A DNA stretch of 64,000 nt from Amoebophrya sp. A120. Its lineage: Eukaryota; Protista; Dinoflagellata. The stretch spans positions 1,361,907 to 1,425,906 of the forward strand of contig CAJINV010000009.1 of NCBI GenBank assembly GCA_905178155.1. Reading direction: 5' to 3'. Under the pieces are notes generated by a model. That model searched no databases. It was not told the DNA's origin and saw nothing but the letters and a program-made list of their open reading frames with translations. Below, one piece after another: positions 36,199-48,086 of this stretch. The translations under genes and the position numbers were made by a program. How positions within the stretch are numbered: position 1 is the stretch's first letter; each line of letters begins with the position of its first letter.

Positions 36199-37284
36199 GG
36201 CACTCACCATGTAACGTTTTTTTTCAAATTCAACCACAACATGGTTTAATCGCATTTCCGATGGATTACGCAAGTAGCTCAAGTCCAAGAACTCTATTTT
36301 CGAAAAAGTACACAATACTTCACAGTTCATGTCCCTCTACCCGCACATCACTGTATCACTTTTAACATGCGACTCTGTACCAAGTGTTTTTTTCTCGACA
36401 TATCAGATGAAACAATTTTCCAAGGTGCGCTACCCGTTTCAGATTTCCACGGATTTTTCATGCTACACACTCGCACAAGAACTACTGATGTGCATTTATT
36501 TCTCATTTTTCAATGAAAGTATGGTTTTGGGGTTATTTTCAATTTCAGTCTCAGCAAGTTATGTTTCCGTTTGACACGGAAGTGCAGTGTTTCGTTTCCC
36601 GCATGCAAACTCAGCTCTCACAAGCCATGTAACAAAAACACAAAAAAATTGATATTCCAAAAAGACAAAAAAATTGATATTCCAAAAACACAAAAAAAAT
36701 CCTATACCAAAAAATAAAAAACAGCAGAGCGCTTCGCGGATCTCGTCCGAGAACCCCTGAAAATGATGTGGTGGACTAGGCAAAGTTTGATTCGTTTCCT
36801 GTCTGGCCGAACAAAGTTTGGTTCTTGTTTCATCGGTATGATAGATGTCACTCGCTCCTCGGTTATTTCGTGTGTGCTTCCGGTTACCTGATGGGACTGG
36901 CACCCACACGACAGAAAGCATCGGTTCTCAGCTTCGACAATAGTTGAGTTTAGCGATCTGCTTCGGTTTGCTGCAAGGTTTCACTTACAACTACTCATAT
37001 CGGTTTTATCGTGCAAGTGAAAAATGCTGTGTCGTACACGTATTCTTGGAGCACTTTTCCGGACTTCATCATCGTTCGAAGCTGTAAGCCGTCGTCACCC
37101 CTTACCTTTTTTCTTGATCTTTGCAGTCAATCAAACTTGTACAGGACCCCATTACCTGCAGTTGTATTCCTTAAGTGACAGCAGGAGAGTACGTATTGCT
37201 CGTGCATTTCATCAACAGTAATCTTCCTCTGACTTCTCTCCCCGCGTTTCTTTCCGAAATTTTTCAGCCTTTTGAACCACGACG

Positions 37285-39988
37285 ATGGGCGACGCGAAGT
37301 CCGAAGTCACCTCCTACGAGAAGGTGGATTTTCCTTCACTGATAAAGGAGGTGAATGGGAATTTTGTCACTCTGGACGACGTCCGCCGCATATCCGAGCT
37401 GCTGATCACGCGGCTGCAAACCCGAAAGGCGCCACTGAAGCACGTTGCGAGCACTGGCGAAGACGCGACCTCCGCGCCAACCACTTCCGCCATGCCAGAC
37501 GTGGACCACACCATGCACGCCCTGGATGATGGAGTCCGGGGCAGCAAGACGGCGAACGCGCGCGCGGACCCGGGAAAGCGCGCCTCCGTGGCGCAGGATT
37601 CGCTGTTCAACAATTTCGCGAACAAAAACTCGCCCGGGTGGCTGATGGCGGAGCACGCGCTCAGCGAGGGCTACGCGGGGCTCGCGGAGGTGATTCTTTC
37701 GCAGGAAAAGCAGTGCTGGGAAAACGTGTCGATGTTTTTTCTGCAGACCCCGGGGGTGCACACCTACAGCAAGGAGGCCGACGACTTCCTCTCCGCGCCG
37801 CCCCACCTGTGGTACTACCTGAAGGGCAAGTGGGTGCGGTTCCGGGAGCGCTGCCGCAACCCGGAGAAGTTCCGCACGCCGCACTGCGGGGCAACGGACA
37901 ATTTGCCGACCATGTCGGGCAACAAGGTGTTCGCGATGCACGCGGCGGTGTTCGCCGTTGTGCTCGCACTCTACATCCTGGTCGCCGACGCCTGCGCGCG
38001 CGCCAAGCCGGGCGATTACACGGCGTTGCGCTGCCTCGAGGCGGAGTCCTTCACTAGTCAGCACGTCCCCAACGTCCTAGTTACCTCCCTGCCGGTGTTT
38101 TTCGCGGTTTTCACGGTCAACTCCGCCTTCCAGCACTTCCGCCGCACCTGGACGCAGACCTACCGCTTCGGCGAGGAGTTGAGTGAAATTTTGACGCAGT
38201 TCCTCATCATGTCCTCCATCGAAGTGAACCTGTTCAAAGCGAAGGTCGTGAAAAAACCGGCGAACAAGACTACTGCGTCTGCCGCAGCCAGCACGAATGA
38301 CGTGAAAGTCAGCGTTTCAACTACATCCGGAGCCGACGGTGCGGAGAATGATGTTTCTGCGGTGAACAAGGAGGAACAGCAGCAGCAACCACCAGCTCAA
38401 GAAGAGGTGGAAGAGCAGGTGGTGATGCCGAGCGCGATTTTGGCGAACAACTTGGAGATGGCGCGGTACTCCGCGCTACTGGCCATTTTCCTGTACCACA
38501 GTCTGAACCCGATCACCTACAACATCGAGGCCTTCGTGCCCTTCATGATCGAGCGGTACGGGCTGTGCGAGTACGGTCTGATGGACGCCATCGACTGGCA
38601 CCGCTGGATCCAGCCACGCATCCTCGCCAACCAGAAACACAACATGCTGTGGAAGAACCACGCGTTCAGCGGCCGGGTTTCGCAGCTGCACGACGCGCAG
38701 CACTGGGGGTCGGCCGTCACGCAGTGGGCCAGCGAGGGCGTTTTGGACGTGATCATGCGGTATGGATTGTAAAAGTGTCTGGGTCTGGAAGATTTCTAGA
38801 TTTGTCATGCATATTTTCCATGACCCATGATGTCAATGTCTGTGATGCATGCCGTAGCGTCACAGATTTTTAGAGCGCTTCCTTGTGCCTATTCCCGGAG
38901 CGCAAAGTCTACTCCTCTTACTGGTCATGCAATACAAATTTTTTTCGAATCCAGAGACAGCATCACAAGTTTATAATCTTCCAGACCCAGACATATTTGC
39001 AATCCATATGCGGGGCCGCCACCTGGCGCACACCAACGACCCGCCCATCGTGTCTTTCAACATCAAGACGTGGCAGGACCTCGTGGTGGCCAAGAACGAA
39101 CTGGTCGCCGAGCAGGCAAAGTTGCTGCCGAAGGTGCTGTATTACACCATGTGGACGGCGATTCTGTTTTTGTTCTTTTTCCAGTTCATCAAGCAGTCCA
39201 CCGCCTGCGGGAACGCGCTGGCGCGCACGGGCGCCAGCTACGGGGGTTTGCTGTGGGCCACGATTCCCGGCACGCAGCAGCCTTTCCACCTTTCCATCGA
39301 CGAGGACCAGGAGTACATCATCGACGCCACGCAGGCCGCTTTCGCCGGCTTTGCCTACATGTTTCTGTGCTACTTTTTCTTCACGATCGTGCGGATGGTG
39401 CTGGATCTGCTGGACCCGGTGGCCGCGGACGCGGACTCCGTGCCGATCATGCCGCTGCTCGACTCCACGCTGCAGCGGCTCTTCAACCGCGTGATCCTTC
39501 GGTGCGTCACCGTGATGGTCCGCCAGGAAGCCTTCGAGGAGCAGCGGAAGGTGAGGAACAAGGACGCAGCGGGGGCGCACAAGTCCGGCGCGCAGCAGTT
39601 CTCGTCCCCCCTGGCAACCTTGCAGCTGCGGCCGGACGAAACCGAGCGCGTGCGGAACCGCCGGTCGCTGCAGGACCTGGGCGACGCGCAGGTGCAGAAC
39701 AACCAGTCCGGGTGGACGCTGCGGACCTTCGACGGCCTGCCCGCGCCGTTCCCGCAGCTGAAGGCCTGCAGCGGGAAGACGCGGCACTGGGTGCGGGCCG
39801 TGCTGGGGGCGAAGTTCGCCAGCGGGGACGACGACGACCTGGAGGCGGAGTTCCGCAGCGGCCGGTTGGGCAAACCGGAATTGGGGAAGAAGAAGAGCGG
39901 ACCGAAAACGGAAGGGGAAGGGAGACATGTGGACTTCTCCAGCGGCGAGGAAGATGACGATTTCGTCGCCGGCGCATTGGATGCGTAG
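37285..39988 (+). CDS. Bestrophin-like (YneE/Bestrophin-2-type) membrane protein; exons 37285-38760 and 39014-39988
   Basis: VFFAVFTVNSAFQHF resembles the LLVFRxNxxYxRF motif, and LDLLDPVAADADSVPI resembles ExxxPFGxDxxDLP, with TM pairs before each. Removing 253 bp gives a continuous frame, LDVIMR|GRHLAHTND. Divergent. Confidence 0.62.
38761..39008. mobile_element. Introner-like element: 34-bp terminal inverted repeats and a flanking (A)TGCGG direct repeat, forming a non-canonical intron
   Basis: 38761-38794 matches the reverse complement of 38975-39008 at 31/34. ATGCGG occurs at 38755-38760 and 39008-39013. AT-rich insert within a GC-rich ORF. Confidence 0.88.
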
Positions 39989-40479
39989 TCGCAGAATTAT
40001 TTGGGTCAACATCTGGGATGCTAGCAAACTTCTGCATTTCTTTTTGTATCCAGTTTCTCTTTTCTCAACGCAGTTAACGAATCTATCACGTGTACATTTC
40101 CTTCATTATCACCCCGGTTTTCTTGAGAATGAATTCTTTCGAATCTTTTCAACCAGAACGCAGAACGAAGAAACCTCAGCACTTCTTGATACATACGAAA
40201 AAAGAATAAATGTCTCAAATTTTTTTACACTTGATCCCCCAAGTGTCATTGAATGTGACAAATACGCCGACATGTGACGAAGAACTATCACAGAGGAAGT
40301 AAGAAGTACTTAGAATTGTGTTCTCTGAGAGCTTTCCCGAGTGTTGAGTACCAGTGCCGCAAGAGGGAAGAAAAAGATGAAGAAGGAGGCATGCAGGACA
40401 TCGAAAAGGGGCACAGAGTGATACAAGACCTGCGCAATAATTCATGTTGAGCTATTTATCTTTCTAGAAATTGAAGTGA

Positions 40480-41150
40480 ATGTTGTGAGGCCTTTGCTCG
40501 GCAGCGGCGTAGCGGCTACAAATGGCTGCGCCGCGCATTTTCCAGGATGGCAATCGAGCCGGAAGGGCCTGGACGCCGCGTTGTCGTTCTTGTGTCGCCG
40601 ATCTTGCGCGACAGCGCTCAGTTTGGTAGTGGTCTCCCGCAGGAGCTCGGGGGAACGCGCCCTACAACAAGCGCCGAGTCCGCTGGGCAAGGCCTTCGCG
40701 AACGGGGTGGGGTATTCCGCGACTGGCGAGCGCAGTGATCTCCATCGGAAGGCGCAGGAAGTTGGCCCCCGTGATCACACCGCGCAGGAGGAGAAGTGGC
40801 ACTCGTGTGAGCAGGAGAAGTCGGCCGATGCAGAATTTCAGTCCTTCGAGGAGCAGCCCGAGCCCCCACATGGCAGAAGTCCTTCGCGGAGCCGGCCGAT
40901 GGCAGCCAGGCGCGCGACCTATCCATCCAGCCGGGCGCCGGCGCGGCGCCTCTTGCCGCAGTGTTCCCCTCCCTGCGCCGCCCCCTTTCAGGCCCATTTC
41001 TTGTAAGGACCCCCGGCGCCTTGTGCGGCCAGGCGCCATCCCCACCCTGCGCAGCGGTCGGCAGCTTAAGAGGTCGCGCCCCGCCCTTTGGGGTGGGCTA
41101 GTGCCACCGTTACCGCGCGCGGACTGCCGTTCGCGATAGCTGCGCGCAGA
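40480..41150 (+). pseudogene. GC-rich island containing a decayed paralog of the 44508 gene
   Basis: EEKWHSCEQEKSADAEFQSFEE(Q) compared with AFFSCEEKS...SEFVSFVE*. Confidence 0.5.
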
Positions 41151-41988
41151 GAGCAGCTGTCTTGTCGTTATCGTGTGTTGCAGCTTTATTTTGGACGGGC
41201 ATGCTCCTTGCCGCTCGTACTCTGTTGACCCTGACCGTTGATGCTTATGTCGGTCTGTGATGTAAGTGGCTGTGTTGATTCTCCTCGCAAATTATTGGTT
41301 GATTTGATTCTCCTAGCTCGCGTTCGTGGCTGTGTTGATTCTCCTAGCTCGCGTCATCTGCTCTCCCGCAAAACAATGCTCTTACAACTCCTTGTAAATT
41401 TGTCGGTTGTCACACGTACGATGAGTTTTTTGGAAGCAATATGACTAAATCACAATCAGCGTGGCAAGAAATTGGCTCCCACGACAAAGAGATTCTTTTG
41501 TACAATAGGATAGGCTCCAGGCGAGCCGTTTAGAATGCACTAACCCAGGCTACATGATTACTTGAGAACCGCGAGAATTTGGAGCATCGGTTACGCTTTC
41601 CATCGGGTGTGTCTTGATTGCAAATAGCAGTCGGTGTTGAAGATACGTATACTTCGGATCGCAGAAAGCTCTCGCCACACTGGAAGTTGTGGAAATTGCT
41701 ACTTCAGGATCACATATAAGCGAGTCCGGAGTTCCGGTTGGTCCGAAAAAATATCTGATGCTAAATCACCAACAAGCGCGAATTTGGCGAAAAGCCAGTG
41801 TTTTGACCAAACACCGTGAGGGTTTCCGTAAACTCATGTGACAGCGAGCTCCACACATCTAATAATAATGTCCTTGTGAAGATTCACCAAAAAAATATTG
41901 TATTCCCTAAAACCACAAAACCACCAAGTACTTATTATCGTTCTCCTCGCATCAAAAGCTTTTTACAGCAAACTGGCAAATAAAGATA

Positions 41989-43017
41989 ATGATGGGCTTC
42001 AACGCTGTGACCATTGGCCTCCTGCTGCATGCGGCGGAGGTTTTTTTTCTCGGTGGCCTCCATTTCTACGATCCTGCTGCCACGGCCGCCCTGCGTGGCT
42101 ACCCAGCGGCGCCGTTCTTGCAGCGTTCTATCGCGATCGCGGCCTTTGCGCTTGGGCTCATGGGTCTGTTGTTTGTCAACGCCGCGCGTGCCACATCAGA
42201 AGCCACTAATTCTACAGACACGACGAAAACCGCTCCTCATAAGTACTCCCTGACCGCTCTGAAGCGACTTGTAGCGGGTTTCATGACGTTCCACGGATCC
42301 TTCGTGCTGAGAGGCGCTATCATTGCCGACTACGGGGCTATTCCGACTCACGGCGTGCCGTTCGTCGGGCTTTTTTTCGCCGCGGTCAAGCTTGGGCTTT
42401 TTTCCACGGACACACTTTTTTCGGGGTTACAGGAAATTACTTCGGTGTTGGGCTCCTACGCGACCCTGCGCAGATCCTACGGGAAGCCGAGCAGTCTGCA
42501 ATTCCTCCGGCAGCCGATTCTGGCCTTCGCTTATGTCACACAGATTTTCGTGGCGCTGCTGGAGGGCTACTTGCACTGTTTCCTCCCGGCGCAGGCGCTG
42601 AAGCCCCTGGGCTACGGTGTTCATGTGATTCAAACGACCCTCGGCATGGATGTCGGCATCGCTTTTGGGCTGATCCCGCTCTTCTTCCTGCCCCTGGTGT
42701 TGGACAGCAAGAACTTCGAAAAATCGGACGGTGTTTTGCGGAAGATGTCACTGGCGGTGCTCGTGTATCATGGCGCGATGTGTGCTATGTTCGTGTTTGA
42801 GGAGCAGGGCATTGCGGGGTTGCTGCAGCTGCATCCGGTCTACGTCATCCACCTGGTGCCGGCCTGCGCCTTCGCGATTCACCTGCTTCTGGGCGCGGTT
42901 GGCGGGGCCAGTGGAAGTGGTGGTACTAGTACTGGCGGAAAGAGCATCAAGCGCGGTAGCAGCCAGGTGCGTACGCCGAAACGCAGTGCGAGTAGCAAGG
43001 GAAAGCGTCAGGAGTAA
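41989..43017 (+). CDS. Polytopic membrane protein, ~8 TM as two tandem 4-TM repeats, with a basic tail; intronless
   Basis: 342-aa ORF with internal repeat pairs LGGLHFYDP..LRGY / LEGYLHCFLP..LGY, FMTFHG / VLVYHG, and PTHGVP / VIHLVP. Confidence 0.75.
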   Translation: MMGFNAVTIGLLLHAAEVFFLGGLHFYDPAATAALRGYPAAPFLQRSIAIAAFALGLMGLLFVNAARATSEATNSTDTTKTAPHKYSLTALKRLVAGFMTFHGSFVLRGAIIADYGAIPTHGVPFVGLFFAAVKLGLFSTDTLFSGLQEITSVLGSYATLRRSYGKPSSLQFLRQPILAFAYVTQIFVALLEGYLHCFLPAQALKPLGYGVHVIQTTLGMDVGIAFGLIPLFFLPLVLDSKNFEKSDGVLRKMSLAVLVYHGAMCAMFVFEEQGIAGLLQLHPVYVIHLVPACAFAIHLLLGAVGGASGSGGTSTGGKSIKRGSSQVRTPKRSASSKGKRQE

Positions 43018-43399
43018 GGAGGATTGAGGTGACAGGTGTAGTACTTCTAGCGGTATGTTGTATGAAGTTGAATGTGCAGCAGGACAAATTCCTGCTTGCG
43101 CGATTAATCATCGACAGATATTAAAAATCTTACATGCGCTCGAATAAGTAGTACATCAAAGAGCGACCAGTGACGCAGCGCCTCATTTTTGCGTGCTGAC
43201 TACAGTACGGCCAATACAAACTCATATTTTTCTTGAAAAATGTATGATTCTCTGACACCAAAAGCACTATAATACTGAAGGCAATGGGTTCTTGCGATTC
43301 GCATGCCACCTGCGACATAAAATTACTGGCGCTCGATGGTTCAGTCCTCACATAATTGCTTGTGGAAGATTGATTACGCCCAGCTTGTTTGATTTTTCT

Positions 43400-43640
43400 T
43401 CCGTGTTGTCGTTGTGCTTACCTACTTTGTACTCGTGCAACGTCCTTCCTGTGTTGTCGTGCAGCTCGTTCTTCAAAGGCTTCTTACTATTCGTCGTGCA
43501 TTTTTCATCGTCTTGTCGTTCATGTTCTTCTCTTTCATGCTCTCGTTCAAGTTCGCGTTTTCGTGCGTCCGGGACTACCCCGCCAATACGTTTGGTGATT
43601 AGTACTGGCACACAGCTTTGGTCGTACTTCGTCTAGATCT
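43400..43640 (+). promoter_or_regulatory. TCGT-rich island with no intact ORF directly behind it
   Basis: Dense TCGT words and an A/C-rich leader to ~43790, but the next good ATG ORF is at 44508. Confidence 0.35.
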
Positions 43641-44507
43641 TCGTTTTCAAATGATCGCTGTAGTCCAAAATTGTGTTCCTCGAGTAAGAAATACAGGTTT
43701 ACTCATTCAACTCTTAGACTCTTACGCGTTCCACCCTTCTTCGAAGTACGTTTGAAAAGACGAAACACAAGAATTATAACAGCGAAAGCAGCTTGAGCAG
43801 GAGACTTAGTTTGCTTTCAGGAAAAGCTCGCCCCTTCGCTCCAAGTCAAAATGATTTCATTTTCTGCTCCACGGGTCCTGGGCGTCGGCATCGCGCCGCC
43901 CCATCAACCGCACTTCCGTTGCTCGTGGGCTCGCCACCACGGACGGGTTTTGCAAAAGCCGAAGCAGCTGGTGAATTTCACATCGGGGGGTTTCCTGCGC
44001 GGAAAAAACGACCAAGGGAGGACTGTGTACATTTCGTACACACAACGAATCACGGTATACTTGTGTTTCTCTTTCACCTTAACTTTCTTCAGCGCATGAA
44101 TGTAAGTAGCTTGTCGACGTACAGCTGCACTCGCTAAGCTGGCAGGGCGTCTAGGATAGTTTTACTTTCAGCACAAGGACCTTGCAAGCAGAAAGTAGAC
44201 GCTCACCTCATTCCGGAATAAAAAAATGCACAGCACGTCAGAAGGCCACGGCATGAGGGGGCGGCGGAATTGCAGCGGGGAAGCAGCAACGTCACTGGAC
44301 AAATTCTGACAAAGAACGTTGTACTGCAGGCAAGTCCAGAAGAGGAGGTACTTCACTGCACTTGAGTTTTTATTGGATAGGATTGTGCAATTAAAATTAT
44401 CAGTTGGTTGTGCTTGCTTTGCAAGCGCACAAAGGCAGAGAAACGTCTTTCGAAATATAGGTTTTTTCATACACATCATCTCTCGACTTCATGTTTACGA
44501 ATAGGTA

Positions 44508-45002
44508 ATGCAAGGCACTGCAACGCCATGTACCGATAGCTCGTGTATGGCGACTCCGGGCACGTCTGAGGTTGAGCCGGCGGCTAAAGTTCTAGTTGAG
44601 AAATTGGAGGTCGAGGAGCAGGCGTTGGAGAAAATCACAGGCGAGAAATCAGACGGAGAGCGGGCAGTGGAGAAAATTGCCGTTGATAAGGTGGAACAGC
44701 AGGTGGCGGAGACAGTTTCCGGCGAGAAGGAGGCGGTTGTAGCGGAGAACGAAGCCCTAGTCGAGAACGCCGAGGACGTCTACCCACCGAACAACATCGA
44801 ATTCGAAATCGATAGCACTAGCGAGGCCTCCGTGGCGGAAAGTGGGAAGAAGGAGAGTTTTTTCTCCTTGCCAGAGTGCTCTCTCGAGGAAAGTGCGTTT
44901 TTCTCCTGCGAAGAAAAATCGCGATCGTGGGGGAAGCGAGAAGCGGAAACTTTTTTTTCACTCGAGGAGTCAAAGTCCGAGTTTGTTTCTTTTGTAGAAT
45001 AA
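44508..45002 (+). CDS. Small acidic protein with tandem FFAT-like motifs
   Basis: 164 aa, Glu-rich, with SFFSLPE, AFFSCEE, TFFSLEE and EFVSFVE at the C-terminus. Confidence 0.62.
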   Translation: MQGTATPCTDSSCMATPGTSEVEPAAKVLVEKLEVEEQALEKITGEKSDGERAVEKIAVDKVEQQVAETVSGEKEAVVAENEALVENAEDVYPPNNIEFEIDSTSEASVAESGKKESFFSLPECSLEESAFFSCEEKSRSWGKREAETFFSLEESKSEFVSFVE

Positions 45003-45740
45003 GCTTTTTGTGTCTAAAAACAGCCTTCAATTGAGTACAAGCATGCAATTCTTTTTCGTTGTTAGAGTGTGAATTTGATTTCATTTGGAGCCCGCACAAG
45101 CACTTCAACCAAGTCCAACATGTATGATCATTGTTAGCGGCACTTTCAGGTGCAGGTGGTCGGCATCTCTTCCTCATTTTCATCCCCTAATTAACATTTT
45201 GTCAGCGTGATTTCCGGAATCTGATCTTTCTCAGTCCAGTATGGCAGTAAGAGCTACGTTTCAGTTTGGCATGAAAAATACCCTCGTTGTCCTCGTCGTA
45301 GTGATCTCCGGCTTCCCCGCCGTTTTCGAGTTTTTTGCTGAAGGAATCCAGAACGACCCGGGTCGAGTTTTTGCGTTTTAACCCCGGTATTGTGAAAAGC
45401 ATTCGTAAAAGTCATGCTTTTTTACCAAACACGAAGCCCACGACCGTTTCACAGCATAGTCCTAATGCCTAGCGTACTACTGTTGCTACACCCAGAACAA
45501 TTTTGGTTCTCACACCAAAAGGTTGCGTAAAAGTGTTCACACGGCTTTCTTTCCTGATGTGTCTTTACTTTTTCTAAGTGAGATATAGTTTGGAATTGTG
45601 TAGCAGAGTGAGTGTGAGTGAATCTGAAGCTGGCATTGTGTATTGGAGTCGAGTACATGATTATGAGGAGCGTCTGGGTACGGAAAGGTCCAGATCTCTA
45701 TGTGGGCGTGGGCCATACTTCTTACGGTGTACCTAGAAAC

Positions 45741-46600
45741 ATGGCTGAAATTATGTCGAGAAATATAGCGCCGGGAAGACTCCTGTCAACATGTAGTGCG
45801 AGCGTCTGAAAGATGTTGCGGGCATTGATCGCCTCAGAAGGGCCCGGCACCGGACGGTCGCGCGGTTCCGCCTCACGAAGGTTGTCACGACGCCACCTGA
45901 TGAAGAGGAGAAAAGTGGAGGCGTTTCTTTTGCGGCGCGTTTCGCGGTTTGCTCGGTGTTCGCGGCTTTCTAATGTGCGGGTGCGAGTTTGTCTTGTCCC
46001 AGCCAAGGACCTACGCGAAGCGAGCGCGCGGGGAGCACATGGCCTACGTGGTGACAGAGAGCGCGCCTATTTTTCGGGATGTCGCAGACCTTGTCCGCGA
46101 CATTCTAGATCTAGAAGAAGTGGCTCCGTTACAGGATTCGTAGAACAGGCAGCGCGACTACTGCAGGACTTTGCGGGCGTTTCGCACTACGTATATGAGG
46201 AGATGAACGAGAGCCGCCGGCGCCGCCCGTGCTGTGAAAGCGCGCCCGCGCGCGCTGCGCCCCTGCTTTCCACCTCCCCGCCCCGAGGGCGAGCGCGCGG
46301 CACACTGCGCGCGAGCGCAGCGCCGAGGCTGTTGGCGCGCCGGCCCGCCGGCTGGTTTTTGACTAATTCCGCCAGCGCCGCGGCCGGTCCTCGCCGGCCG
46401 CGCGCGGCCCTTGGGGCGGAGCAAGAGATGACAGGACTAGCGGGCGCCCCGGCGGCCCCGTCTTTGACTCCTTCAAGCAACTGCACGGGCTAGCCCCATG
46501 GCGCAGCGGGCATATGGTCCGGCTGCGGCCTCAGCAGCGCGTTGGCAGGCTCGGGGCGACGTCGCAGCGTGCGATTTCGTCCGCATGCGTCCGGGCACGG
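45741..46600 (+). pseudogene. Frameshifted decayed paralog of gene 47211 merging into a GC island (46210-46600)
   Basis: GEHMAYVVTESAPIFRDVAD (46030-46089) compared with GGHMTRLVSETVPVLEDVAD (47910-47969); LLQDFAGVSHYVYEE compared with VLEDVADVGYYMFEE. Confidence 0.7.
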
Positions 46601-46659
46601 GAAGATATTTGCTTCTTGATAGTGTGACCATCTGGTGGCAGAGGAGCTCTCTTCTGAGG

Positions 46660-47190
46660 TGTTCGTACGATTTTTGCGATGTCTGGTCCGCCAGCTTTGG
46701 TTCGTGTCGTAGTCCTGTAACTGTATCGCATTTCGTACAAAAATGAAGATTATTGCTGGAGCCCATGGGTCAGCTTTCGTTCAGTCTCTACTGTATCTAA
46801 GCGCGTCGTTCTCTCCACAATGTTACCGGTATACATGCTTATCTGCTTTTCTGTCCTCGTGGTTTTGTCGTTCTGGAGTTCGTCTCGTCCGTTCATGCCA
46901 CTGGGCAATTGTCTTTTCGTCCGGTTGGCGTTGTGTCTTGTTTTTTTCTGATGTGCGTAAACGTAGCCGAGATTGATCGTCAGACACACTCTAATCGAAT
47001 TCAAATAAATCAGGACATTATACCCACACCAAATACAAATTGCATCACCAGTTTTCCAAAATCGCGTTCAACTAAATTGTACAACATTTATTCATCGGCA
47101 TTCAATACTTACATTTCATCCCTTTATTCCCTTCTGGTTCTTTCGCAGTCCAGACCCAGAGTCTTCGTTTCTGAAACCTATCGTCTATCA
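46660..47190 (+). promoter_or_regulatory. TCGT-rich upstream island and leader of gene 47211
   Basis: TCGT cluster 46660-46980 followed by an A/C-rich leader. Confidence 0.42.
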
Positions 47191-47210
47191 AATTGTCAAG
47201 CGAAAACACG

Positions 47211-48086
47211 ATGACAGGTGGTCTAGATTGTCCCAAAGGCATCGCATTTCCGGCGATCACCCCAGTGCGACGGCTGGAAGCCGCTCCTGCAGTGTGGGCA
47301 CCGACCCCGATTTTATTGTCAGCACATACCAGCATCCCGCCATTGAATTTCGACGCACTACAGACCCAGAATTCCCTCGGTGGGGCCGACAGCAGTAAGT
47401 TCCGGGATCATGTTCTTGAAGTGGCGACAGACGTGGGAAGCGACTGGGACAGCGCCAGCGAAACAGATGTGGATACGGACGAATATGAATACGATGAGGA
47501 TGATTCCATATCTGAATGCGAGTACTCGGCCAATGTATTTCCTGCCCCGAACACCCATGCAGATGCAGAATCAGGCGACGTAGTTTACCCTCGTACCCAG
47601 CATGCGGCTCCACTTTTTCCTATCCCGTCCGAGGAAGACGTCGACACGGAGTTCGGCACGGTTGCCAAGGAGTGGCCAGCGGAGGAGGATCCGTGGAAGG
47701 CGGAGAAAGCTGCGGCGACTTCCGTTGCGATCGGCCTCGGGTGCGGGACCGTCACGACCTTCCTGTTCGGCGCAGGAGTGGTCGCTTTGCCTATGATGGT
47801 AGCCAAATACTTCGTCGGCCAGTCATTGCTACACGGGTCGCAGTATGTCCTCACAGAGCCAAGTACGAAGGGCCGAGGGGCTTTCGCAAAGGCATTACCG
47901 GAAAAGCTCGGGGGTCACATGACCCGTCTAGTGAGCGAGACCGTACCTGTCCTCGAGGATGTTGCGGACGTGGGCTACTACATGTTCGAAGAGGTGAAGA
48001 GAGACACCTACTCACTTTTTTTCCCGGGAGATCGAGATTCTACTGCACAGGAACCAGAAAGTAACTCCGAGACGCAGAGGCACTAA
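47211..48086 (+). CDS. Uncharacterised protein with an acidic N-half and a Gly-rich hydrophobic segment; intronless
   Basis: 291-aa ORF in acacgATG context, hydrophobic VAIGLGCGTVTTFLFGAGVVALPMMV, with a decayed paralog immediately upstream. Confidence 0.7.
   Translation: MTGGLDCPKGIAFPAITPVRRLEAAPAVWAPTPILLSAHTSIPPLNFDALQTQNSLGGADSSKFRDHVLEVATDVGSDWDSASETDVDTDEYEYDEDDSISECEYSANVFPAPNTHADAESGDVVYPRTQHAAPLFPIPSEEDVDTEFGTVAKEWPAEEDPWKAEKAAATSVAIGLGCGTVTTFLFGAGVVALPMMVAKYFVGQSLLHGSQYVLTEPSTKGRGAFAKALPEKLGGHMTRLVSETVPVLEDVADVGYYMFEEVKRDTYSLFFPGDRDSTAQEPESNSETQRH

Noticed and set aside
15378-41350. Short two-copy tandem duplications (15378-15438, 19781-19863, 36642-36690, 41266-41350)
   Set aside because: Unrelated to each other; ordinary slippage duplications.
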